Below, in pieces: positions 12,901 to 21,627 of a DNA stretch of 43,476 nt; within the stretch, counting starts at the first letter, position 1, and each line of letters starts with the position of its first letter. The notes beneath the pieces were generated by a model, which ran no database searches, had not been told where the DNA came from, and worked only from the letters and a program-made list of their open reading frames with translations. The DNA comes from Catajapyx aquilonaris (lineage: Eukaryota). The translations under genes and the position numbers were made by a program. Location of the stretch: contig KZ538872.1 of assembly GCA_000934665.2 (NCBI GenBank), positions 1 to 43,476 of the forward strand, read 5' to 3'.

Positions 12901-15900
12901 GCTAGGGTGTAAAACATTGGTTAATTCCTCCTGCAATTAAAGATAACCAAGATTAATTTGTGACGCTAATAGCTATATAAAATATACAAAATGTCAACTT
13001 GAAGCAATTCAGGGCAGCATTAGATGCCACTTCAGTAAAAGGGACACTCTCATCCTTGTCTTAATTATTGCAAAACTTTCCATGGCATCCTCCCGGCTTC
13101 TATCTTACCGGTTCCTCAAAACTGTAAAACTTGTGGCATGCGAAGTAGCGCAGGACATGCAGTGAGCGCTGGCACAATGCAATCCGCTCCTCAATCTCTT
13201 GAAGATCATATTCTTTAGTCTTTATTTGATCGTCAATGATAGGCAAGATGATTTCTGAGCAATCTCTCTCTGACTCTCCTTCAGATTGACTTTCACTTGA
13301 GATACTGTCATTTGCTTCCATCACACATTCTTCTTCCAAGAAACTATCTCCACCTGACATTCTGGAGTCATCAGGGCTGAACTCCATATTTGCATCATTG
13401 CAGCCAGTTATCTCCGATGATATTTCCACATCTAAATGAAGAAACGACAATGATAATGTCAGCAGGTTTGATACTACAGAATCCTTGGCATTTGCTGGAG
13501 AACAATCCATAACAGACTGATATAGGATTCAAGGTGCCCCTCTTCAACCCTATACCTTTCACAACTTCTGGTCACCCCCACACCCATTGTACACCCCCTG
13601 CCTGGCTTGCTTGGGTCCTTTCTCTCCTTAATTTGTTGACACATCATGAACTGAAGTATTTTTATTTTTATTTATTTATTTTACGTACCCCATTGGGAGA
13701 CAACTCTCCTTTAGGGGGGTGGAACACCACCATTTTTCCCTCACTATTTTCTTGATTTTCTTCGGACACTGTGCAAAAGAGAAAGGACATAGGGAAGGGA
13801 ATGGGGATTTTTGGGGAGGAAACACAGGTGCAGGTGCAATGTCTGAAACTGGGTCATGTGCAGTCTCCCTGGAGGTTAGGTTGCCAGAAGCCTCCAAGGC
13901 GTGGGTCAGAGCTGACCCTCCTGACGCAGGCAAAAGGGAACTCACGGGACCTTCTGCTCAGCAAGCCGAGTCATTACCGACTCGGCCACCACACCACCCC
14001 TGAACTGAAGTATTTGATGATCAGCCAGTCTCACTTATGATACATTCCATTTCTTCCATTACAATGGTTTGTCCATTTCAAATCCCTGCAAAGTCCTGTC
14101 AGCCGTGTTTTGAAGGTCCCATTATCCTTAGAATTTTGGAGCCTTATGGCTGATGTATCAAGTTGGAAAACTGGTCTGTAAAGTTGAATATACAGTGTGT
14201 CCTACTAGCTACTTTATCCGGCATTTCTTTAATAACTTGAACACGAATTAAGATATCGCACTGAAATTTGAACTGAACTAACCTGATTATGTGAGAAAGG
14301 AAATGGCATCACAACATGTGCTGGAAGTGGTCACCATTTGCCTACAGGCAGGCCTGAACATGATGCTGCATATTTTGGAACGTTCTGGCTAGCATGTCCT
14401 GAGACACTGCCTGAATATTTTGGACGGTGTTTTCTTTCAAGGTGTCGATGGATTGTGGTTTGTTTTGGTACACATGCCACACATCACATGTCAGCATGGC
14501 CGAAATTTAGTCCGTTTTCGGAGAACAAGTCCCTGATCACTTCTTATGGGGCTATCTGAGACAGCGAGTGTACCGAAACAAACCACGATCCATCAATGCC
14601 TTAAAAGAAAACACCATCAGCAGTCTGGCTCACACTTGGTCAATAATCATTCAGAGAAACAAGTACTTCCAGGGTGGCAGAAGACTTTCGCATAGTTGCC
14701 AGGTTGACTTCTTAGTCAAAATTGCAGTTGTCATAATACTTTCAGACAAATTTACCTACAACCAACTTCAGATAGACGTGTCTGTTCTCTCAGTCGAGTT
14801 TTATTTTACTTACGTATTTTTTCCGTATTCGAATTTGAAGTTGTGCTAGGTTTTTTTTGTGTTTAATCGCAGGCTAAGAAAATGTTGAAGCGAACACATG
14901 ACAAATTTCCTCCAGTTGAAGTGGGAGTTTATCAATTCCTGACAACGACAGGGCTCGTGAGTCCCCCAGCAACATCCTAGCAGTGGTGAAGAGTGTTGAT
15001 GATGACCTGTACATACTGTGCTCTGAATGTGGCCAACTCAAGCACAAGTACACGCATGCAGAAATACATCTGGGCGTGCAAAGAAAGATTATTAGACTTA
15101 GCTGCTGTTACTGAAAAGGCGGATAGCAAACTGATTTCTCTGAGGGAGGCAGCATCTTACAACAGCGTGTCAGCTCACAGGGGTATAAGAAATGCAACTG
15201 CAATACCAAATGTGTTTCAAAAAAGTGCGCGTGCAGAACTACCAGTCAGCTCTATAATTCCAAGTGCCACAGTTCTTTGCCTTGCTCCAATAAATGATCC
15301 TTATTAGTGCTTCTACATATCCGGACTGTCCAGTATCCGGATATCTTTGACTTATTTCATAGAAATAAAGTTAAAAGTATTATTTGAAAAGAAAGAAGCC
15401 CTAATAAGAAGGAAAGAGAGCTTTTCTGCACGGAAATCGAATTAACCTCATTTTTTGACATGGACACTAGGCCTTTGGGATGGACCATTTGACTGGAGGT
15501 TTTTACCTGCCTCCAATAAATGCGTTTTTAATTATGCGAATAAAATATGATCATTTCTCACAACAAACCTTCGATCCGGATCCTCGGATCCCGACGGGTA
15601 CAAAGTGTCTCGGACCGGATCCGAAACCCGGACAACCCGGACTGGATCCGAAACTCGGGACTATCCGGACCGTCCGACACTATCCGGATAGTGCGGATCT
15701 CGGAAGAGGGATCCGAAACAGGCTCAGATATCCGGATACCGGACAGTCCGGGAATCCAGATAGATGTTGAAGCACTAATCCTTATGATTAACTCTGATTA
15801 TAATGCCTGTATGTTGATTTTGAGTAAGGCATTTATTGTCTCAATAAAAAACACATTTTTGAAATTGCCTTGTCAGAGCAAATCAATACATTGACCACCA

Positions 15901-18900
15901 CCATCTAGGCATTCTGTATAATGACAGGACATCCTATACATTGACCGAAACTTGTTAAGGGCATTATACACACTGCCCAAAGGATTGGATTCAGTGCCCA
16001 GTCATTTTACAAAACGCCTGGGTTAAGCACATTGACCGTAACATATATACGTTACGTGTTCAAGGGTCAGGAAGGACCATACTACTCACCCTTGTCGCTT
16101 TCCAATGGCCTCTCAGCAACATCTCTTTGTCCTGTTAGTGCATGGTCCCCTGTATCTTCTTTTCCATGTGACACCATTTCCATAACATCTTCTGAAGATT
16201 CCGTTATGTTGCTGTCAGTGTCCATTGGGTCTGCTTTTTCACTGTCATCTTTGTGTGGATCTGCAACTTTGCTGTCAGTGTCCTTTGGGTTTGCTTTTGC
16301 CCAGTCATCCGCTTGTGGATCTGCAATTGTGCTGTCGTTGTCCTGTGGATCTACAACTGTGCTGCCAGTGTCCATTGGACTTGCGTTTTCACTGTCATTG
16401 TCTTGTGGATCTGCACCTTTGCTTTTGACGGTGTCCTTTGGGAATGCTTTTTCACTGTCATCTTTTTGTGGATCTGCAACTTTGCTTTCAATGTCCGTTG
16501 GGATTACTTTTTCACTGTCATCGTCATGTGGATCTGCAACTGTGCTGTCAGTGTCCTTCGGGTCTGCTTTTTCACTGTCACCGTCTTGTGGATCTGCAAC
16601 TGTGCTGTCAGTGTCCTTTGGGCCTGCTTTTTCACTGTCATCGTCTTGTGGATCTGCAACTGCGCTGTCAGTGTCCTGCACGTTTGATTTTTCACTGTCA
16701 CCTTCCTGTGCATCTGCAACTGTGCTGTCAGTGCCCTTTGGGTTTGCTTTTTCACTGTCATCGTCTTGTGCATCTGCAACTGTGCTGTCAGTGCCCTTTG
16801 GGCCTGCTTTTTCACTGTCATCGTCTTGTGGATCTGCAACTGTGCTGTCAGTGTCCTGCATGTTTGATTTTTCACTGTCACATTCCTGTGGATCTGCAAC
16901 TGTACTGTCAGTACCCTTTGGGTTTGGTTTTGCACAGTCATCATCTCGTGGATCGGCAACTTTGCTTTCAATGTCCGTTGGGATTACTTTTTCACTGTCA
17001 CCGTCTTGTGGATCTGCAACTGTGCTGTCAGTGTCCTTTGGGATTGCTTTTTCACTGTCACCTTCTCGTGGATCTGCAACTGTGCTGTCAGTGTCCTGCA
17101 TGTTTGCTTTATCCCTGTCATCTTCTTGTGGATCTGTAAGGGTGCTGTCAGTCTCCTTTGGGCTTGATTTTTCACTGTCATCGTCTTGTGGATCTGCAAC
17201 TGTTCTGTCAGTGTCCCATAGCTTTGAATCTATGTGGCTCTTATTCAGATGTGCCAGGGTATCAAGTTCTTTACAGCCATTTTTGAAACATGCCACCTTT
17301 TGTTTTTTCAGTCCCGACAATCTTTTTTCTTCTTCTTCATTGGTAAGCAAATAGTTATCTGGACTATCAGCCAACAAACGGTCTTCTTCTTCTTCAGGAG
17401 TAAATTCCCACTCGGATGAACCACCACTGTCTTCCTTTGGTAGCTCATTTTCTTCACTACCATATCTGCTCTGCTCAATCCTCTTCCTGTCTTCTTCCTG
17501 CTGGCTGGTTATTTTGCTATAATCTTCCTGTACCTGCATTGTTTTGCTGGCATTTTCCTGCAACTCCAGCCTGTTACTTTCCACTTTCTGTGAATCTAAC
17601 AGGCTACTCTCCTCATTCAATAGCTTAATCCTTTTGCCTCTCCCAGACCTGAAAAATGCAAGATATAATGAGCTCAGAAATATGCTTGAGGGCAGAGCCT
17701 GACAATATCTAGCAATATCAAATATTGAAGCTGACCAAGGATGGGGCCCACCAAACTCAATATCAGAAATAGCAGAATTTTATATGATTAAGTGAGAAAA
17801 AAAACACCAAATAACAATAATAATGTAAAACTTGTGATATTTGATATATTAAGCACAGTGCTTTCAACCTCAGGTATGTTTCAACAGTCATTTGTTCAAA
17901 TATTAAAGCATCAACAATGTAGCATTGAAAAATATGTCATCTGATACCACAATTTTGGTACTTTATCTGGTTATCTGATTATTGAAGCATGTCTCCACTA
18001 TAAACAGTCAACTCCCCCCACAATTTTACCCATTGAAAAGGCAGAAAAGAAAAATCAACATCAATTGGGGCTGATCAGGAGGGGGAATAGTCAGTCTTAG
18101 CAAGAGTTAATGGTCTTACAGACCCTCAAATCAGGCCCTTATGGGCACACTGTCCTGGTGCCTGGAGGGAGTTAAATTAGACTGCCAGATGAGGCACTGG
18201 AGACTTTTGGCCCTGCTTCATCCTAATGCAAATGTACAGCCCAGAGAATAAAATTGGAGACACTGCTGGCCTTCTCTAACCTTCCTTTATCCGACTCAAA
18301 TTAATGGACTCTTTTTAGTTAGCTGCTTTAGGCATGTGTTCGTGTATTTATAACAATATATTTGATACTGTATTGGCGGGGATTGGCGGAGTACCCTGGA
18401 AGAGGAGGGCCTGCAGCCTCCAACTTTATGCTTGGGACTGTACATGACTCGCTTCAGAGCTCACACCCACTTGTGATATATGCCGAGTTCATACATACAA
18501 GTACAATATTGAGAACAGAAAGTCTCCAAAGATGCTTATTTTCCTCTGACTGCCACAATTTTTAGTGCAACTTGTTCATAATAAATTAAAGATCTAAAAG
18601 TAAAAGTCTGTTTTGTGCTATCTATTTGGCATCTGAAAAAAATGTGCAATTAATTCCATGTTAAAAACTCCACAGGCAGTACTAGAAACGTTAGTTATAT
18701 TTTTCAAGCAATGGTATAGTAGGGTCAAGATAACCTAAGGGTTTTGGGCGTGGCTTGTGCCCTGTCAATCATAATTAGCACAGCCCTCCTTCAGGTCGAC
18801 CAATTAGGGTTCGATAGGGTTGGAAGTAGGATCACACAAGTCTTGTAGATAATAAACTTTCAGGAATCTGGCGGACATTTTCTAAGTTGCTTGTCAGCTG

Positions 18901-19687
18901 CTTCTGCCGAGTTTTGGTTTGTAGTTCAAATGTTATGGGAATAAATTGTTGGGCACTGGCAGCAGTTAATGAAGGTCTTGTAGTGATGAACTAACACATT
19001 AACTTTATTCAAGAACAGAACCAGGACTCAAACATTCTAACAGTTGCCTACCAACAGCTCGCAACAATATTACAGGACACAACAGTGGGGTCACTGACCT
19101 CAGTGAGTGGGCAGACAGGAGCTCAAAGCCTTGCCTTGATGTGAACACCTCGACACAAATTATTGCATTTCAAAGGAGGATTTTCTCAAAACTTGAACAG
19201 ATAGGGCAAACATTTTCATCTTAAATTATAACGAACACCTTCCACCAAAAATTTTGGCAGTCAGTAGATATAACGATCCTGAAAGGGTGTTTCCATGTGT
19301 AAATGTCATTTCCACTTATCACTAATACTGCACGAGGCTATTATTTTTTGTAGCACCCTGATCCAGGTGCTCCGTTATTACCAGGTGGTTGTATATAGTT
19401 GTTTTTACATGGGGTACCTGGCTCAGAGCGTAACACTGGTAACAGGCTACAAAAAATAAGCTTCAAGCAAAGTGTCCCAAATAGTTAGAACACCCTGTAT
19501 AGCCCTCCACACAGTTAGGCATCGAATACAATGTTATACGAAGAGCCACATGAACAAAGGACACTATCTTATGCGGAATGAGCTCTGATAGTTTCTCTTT
19601 CTCCATCCAACCTCTTACCGTCCCAACAGGTCTTACTTACGTAGGTGAGCCTGGGCGCGCAGCTTTTTCATAAGGCAACGATTCCAT
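1710..19687 (-). CDS. YEATS2: YEATS domain-containing protein 2-like (D12/ATAC subunit) gene span, 3'-partial; coding exons 19687-19641, 17648-16090, 13431-13109, 12930-12662, 12606-12430, 12378-12233, 2054-1710
   Basis: The spliced translation gives a YEATS domain (KRIVIGNVSRW..WMVYVRG..FYLHPSY..RPPFQLRQWGWGEF..HLVKLDRNQTGSLTLGHETLSDV), the YEATS2-type N-terminal coiled coil (KTKEYDLQEIEERI..LHVLRY) and KIPRYIPP. All six introns are GT-AG with matching phases. The last visible exon ends in a donor (G|GTGAGA at 1710/1709). Confidence 0.88.
1790..1997. repeat. Coding trinucleotide low-complexity tract (CAT/CAG/CGT on +), poly-Asp and DA/DLDAD repeats
   Basis: Seen directly; lies inside YEATS2-like exon 7. 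Confidence 0.95.
2469..2579. mobile_element. Small palindromic MITE, PIF/Harbinger-like
   Basis: ~35-bp inverted repeats agggatgaatcttcgacgtatcgcgcaaacctgcgg / ccgcaggtttgtgcgatacgccgaagattcagccct. Confidence 0.7.
3457..4445. mobile_element. Non-autonomous PIF/Harbinger-like DNA transposon
   Basis: TIRs GGCCGGAATCGTGGTGGCTC / GAGCCACCACGATTCCGGCC with TAA and TTA flanks; GC-rich interior with a repeated ggggctgcc(c)cgggggccacttt. Confidence 0.8.
5373..6147. mobile_element. Non-autonomous pogo/Tigger-like (Tc1/mariner superfamily) element
   Basis: TIRs CAGTCAAATCCCTCTATAACGAA / TTCGTTATAGAGGGATTCGACTG; TA on both sides. Confidence 0.85.
6490..6804 (+). mobile_element. tRNA-derived SINE, head A
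   Basis: A-box-like TGGCGCCGCGG and B-box GGTTCAATCCC; 18-bp TSD gcacacattggaaaatcc (6472-6489, 6805-6822); near-identical head at 33664. Confidence 0.9.
7200..7868 (-). mobile_element. Composite SINE (head C unit fused to a 5'-truncated head B unit)
   Basis: One 13-bp TSD cacataacttaat (7187-7199, 7869-7881) encloses both units; B-box GGTTCAAATCC; (ATT)n tails. Confidence 0.85.
7895..8050. mobile_element. piggyBac-like palindromic MITE
   Basis: TTAA-CCCTGTAATGCC ... GGCATTACAGGG-TTAA; absent from the opposite arm of the host palindrome. Confidence 0.85.
9198..10834. mobile_element. Non-autonomous hAT element with ATCGAT subterminal arrays
   Basis: 8-bp TSD gtaagtat (9190-9197, 10835-10842); degenerate TAGAG../..CTCGA ends; clusters of (T)ATCGAT(A) at both ends. 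Confidence 0.8.
9905..10314 (-). mobile_element. tRNA-derived SINE, head A variant
   Basis: 14-bp TSD cacattcagtattt (9891-9904, 10315-10328); B-box GGTTCGATCCC; (AAT)n tail. Confidence 0.88.
11168..11722. mobile_element. Fully palindromic Tc1/mariner-type MITE
   Basis: TA-CAGGGTGTTTCAGAGTCAC ... GTGACTCTGAAACACCCTG-TA; arms pair almost to the centre (~11454); a related end lies at ~28336-28487. Confidence 0.9.
12233..12378 (-). CDS. YEATS2: YEATS2-like coding exon 6 (YEATS domain C-half)
   Basis: RPPFQLRQWGWGEFVIGVELHFLDPVNKPLAIEHLVKLDRNQTGSLTL; tttatag acceptor, G|GTACGT donor. Confidence 0.92.
12430..12606 (-). CDS. YEATS2: YEATS2-like coding exon 5 (YEATS domain N-half; absent from the ORF track)
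   Basis: Manual translation IVIGNVSRWLLPALQKFGCPYEWMVYVRGPRDDPDISDFVSAVKFYLHPSYNPDEIVV; flanked by 55-nt and 51-nt GT-AG introns. Confidence 0.92.
12662..12930 (-). CDS. YEATS2: YEATS2-like coding exon 4
   Basis: ttgcag|GAG acceptor, AG|GTTAGT donor; contains LHPSV and KIPRYIPP. Confidence 0.85.
13109..13431 (-). CDS. YEATS2: YEATS2-like coding exon 3 (acidic segment plus coiled coil)
   Basis: Acceptor tttcttcatttag|AT (an in-phase alternative exists at 13494); donor CCG|GTAAGA; encodes IIDDQIKTKEYDLQEIEERIALCQRSLHVLRY. Confidence 0.8.
13662..14000 (-). mobile_element. SINE, head B
   Basis: 15-bp TSD tgaactgaagtattt (13647-13661, 14001-14015); body homologous to the copies at 27709, 30257 and 35890. 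Confidence 0.88.
14193..14700. mobile_element. Degenerate mariner/Tc1 relic
   Basis: TA-CAG start; decayed C-terminal transposase motif (SPD..FLWGYL..VYRNKPRSINALKE) at ~14530-14615. Right boundary uncertain. Confidence 0.6.
15305..15777. mobile_element. hAT-type MITE with TCCGGA/GGATCC subterminal repeats
   Basis: TIRs TAGTGCTTC(T)ACAT / ATGT(T)GAAGCACTA; perfect 8-bp TSD atccttat (15297-15304, 15778-15785). Confidence 0.9.
16090..17648 (-). CDS. YEATS2: YEATS2-like coding exon 2, large acidic tandem-repeat exon
   Basis: Open frame of 519 codons; acceptor tttttcag|G at 17649/17648; donor G|GTGAGT at 16090/16089; phases fit both neighbouring exons. Confidence 0.75.
16205..17216. repeat. Coding minisatellite, 60-bp unit, about 16.5 copies
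   Basis: Successive 60-nt lines align (gg.tctgctttttcactgtcatcgtcttgtggatctgcaactgtgctgtcagtgtcctttg); encodes DTDSTVADPQDDDSEKAxPK on the minus strand. Confidence 0.97.
19641..19687 (-). CDS. YEATS2: YEATS2-like coding exon 1 (MESLPYEKAARPGSP)
   Basis: ATG in agcATGG context; donor AC|GTAAGT; phase 2 matches the acceptor at 17648. Confidence 0.6.
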
Positions 19688-19979
19688 GCTGGAACCCTCA
19701 ACAACAGCAAGGTGAACAGCTGACCCAAGGCCTCGCAGGGTGCCAAGTTTCCTCTCAGTGGTCCAACCACCAGATTCAGGAGATTCAGGAAAATGTGGAT
19801 ATGCCTTTCTCTGTCTCTAACGCAACAACACACCAGCAGTAGATGCTCAAAATGCAACAATTACAGCTTACATACCGGCATCGTGCCGGAAGACGCTTCA
19901 AATACAAATGATGAATGTATGCTGGAGGAATCCGCGAACAGTGTAACTTTCTTCCGCTGCTGCGTCCAACGCCACTGGC

Positions 19980-20300
19980 ATTGTAATGTTTAAGACACTG
20001 GTTTAAGATATGGGATTTTAAAATATTATTAAATATGTTATGTAATATTTAAACTGTCAAACTGTAAATACGATCAATTTTTTGTGTAAAATGCTCTTAA
20101 ATGTGCCTTAAATTTATCCAGGTATTTTCCATCTACCGGCAGGACGTGCAAGTACTAGTTATTTTGTGAATATTATGTATTAATATGTATTACAAGCCAT
20201 CGTAGTTGGCTGTATGCCTGTAGATGGCAGGACATGTGGCGACACAGGCTCCAATTCTCCACATCATGAGTGGCAGACAGCAGAACCTTGAGAAGCATTA
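19980..20300. promoter_or_regulatory. Probable bidirectional promoter between YEATS2-like and wit/BMPR2
   Basis: Short AT-rich, repeat-free spacer between two divergent GC-richer leader exons (minus-strand donor near 19871, plus-strand donor at 20525). Inferred from gene geometry. Confidence 0.5.
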
Positions 20301-20524
20301 TAATAGTCGTCTGTCTAGTCTCGTCTTTGGTCATTGATTTGTCGTTGAGTTGTTGGAGAGAGAGCTTTTAGTGTGTGTGTGTGTGGGTAGTCCACCGCCC
20401 CACGTCCCATGCTGCTAGCCCTGCGTTGCTTGCAGGTGTCAGCTAGTTCAGCAGTTGGACCTTGGACCAAGTACGTCTGGGACATCTACGGGTGCCGAAG
20501 TCCGACGAACTAGGGATCATTTGG
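20300..20524 (+). other. Probable non-coding first exon of wit/BMPR2 (5' boundary approximate)
   Basis: GC-richer block ending in a strong donor TGG|GTAAGT at 20524/20525, with a matching acceptor at 21492 upstream of the signal-peptide ATG. Confidence 0.55.
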
Positions 20525-20660
20525 GTAAGTGAGTTCAGAAATTATCCCCGATTCGGAGTCAACCCTGGGAATTAGGAGGCGGGGTGGGTGAGGGAGGGAG
20601 CAAATATGCTGCATTTCTATACAGACGGGAAAGCCCAGTTGAAGTAGGGCCAATGTTTGC

Positions 20661-20731
<71 letters not shown>
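20661..20731. repeat. (TAA)n microsatellite, about 23 units
   Basis: Seen directly. Confidence 0.97.
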
Positions 20732-20733
<2 letters not shown>

Positions 20734-21196
20734 GGATTCCCAAGTATCCACATTTTCGTGCATATTTGCTGTGGGGTACAAGGAGCACACTTTTTGCCAG
20801 TGTAGCATGGTGTGACTCGTGTGAACTGATCATTGGGAAGTGTCTGGCCTGCTGGGATTTTACGAGTACTAGGGAAAACTGATGAGCACAACAAATTGAA
20901 CCAGGCACATCTCTAGTGGAAGTGTAATATCTGGTATCAACATTGCATGAAGACCTTCATGCCACCCATTTGGAGTGACTAATTGGAATACAACGTTTTA
21001 ATCAAGTAGTTTTGAAATATTTGGAAAAAAATGGGTAGTGCCAAAACTAGACAAATGATAATGGAGCAGCAATTTGTTGTCTGAAGATGACGATGGCTGC
21101 ACAGCAGTAGTGCTGCAGCTACGAAACTTATCTGAGGCCATAAACTGACATATTTAGATGTCTAAGGAAAATGCAATGATTTCTGTATGACCTGTA

Positions 21197-21358
21197 CAGC
21201 GTTGGACATTAATCGAGCCATACTGCTTGCGACATTTTCCGAAGCGGCAGAAGAACGAATCGAAGATGTGGATATTGCAAGCTGTACGACCAAGATTCAT
21301 TCTTTTGCTGCTTTGGAAAATGTCGCTAGCAGTATGGCTCGATTAATGTCCAACACTG
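21197..21358. mobile_element. Small palindromic TA-flanked MITE
   Basis: ~63-bp inverted arms; related copy at ~33465-33623. Confidence 0.85.
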
Positions 21359-21572
21359 TACTAGCGTAATTCTACCGTCATGTCATGGTCAGGTTATTTT
21401 CACGGTCAGGTGATTTTTCGGCTGGCGCACATTATCTGGCACACTAGATATGGCTTAATATATAGTGGTATAATTATATTCCTCAATTTCAGATAAATGG
21501 ATGCTAGTTGAGTGGGAACTGCCCAGTTTGACCTCATGACCTTGTGGTGCAATTTGCAGCTAATGTACAAAA

Positions 21573-21627
21573 ATGGTGCTCAGCACAACTACGCTGATAT
21601 TGCTGGCATGTGCTGTCGTCGTAGCAG
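21573..21627 (+). CDS. wit: wit/BMPR2 coding exon 1, signal peptide [18 protein letters not shown]
   Basis: aaaATGG context, hydrophobic leader, donor G|GTGGGT; exon acceptor at 21492/21493. Confidence 0.8.

Noticed and set aside
13432..13510. ATG 13510 as the YEATS2 start
   Set aside because: The segment reads like a polypyrimidine tract ending in a phase-matched acceptor at 13432; not fully excluded as an alternative.
16205..17216. Regular 60-bp periodicity as a CRISPR-like array
   Set aside because: Units are contiguous and similar along their whole length, with no unique spacers, and the context is a eukaryotic coding exon.
16032..17354. 440-aa plus-strand ORF and overlapping Cys/His-rich ORFs
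   Set aside because: These are antisense and alternative-frame shadows of the 60-bp repeat; the minus frame has proper splice sites and links into YEATS2.
20559..20908. Poly-N/L/I/Y ORFs
   Set aside because: Translations of the (TAA)n microsatellite.
21081..21128. CTGAAGA...CGAAAC around a hairpin, resembling a hammerhead ribozyme core
   Set aside because: Six extra nucleotides separate the core from the stem and I could not identify stems I and III; a covariance-model search would be needed.
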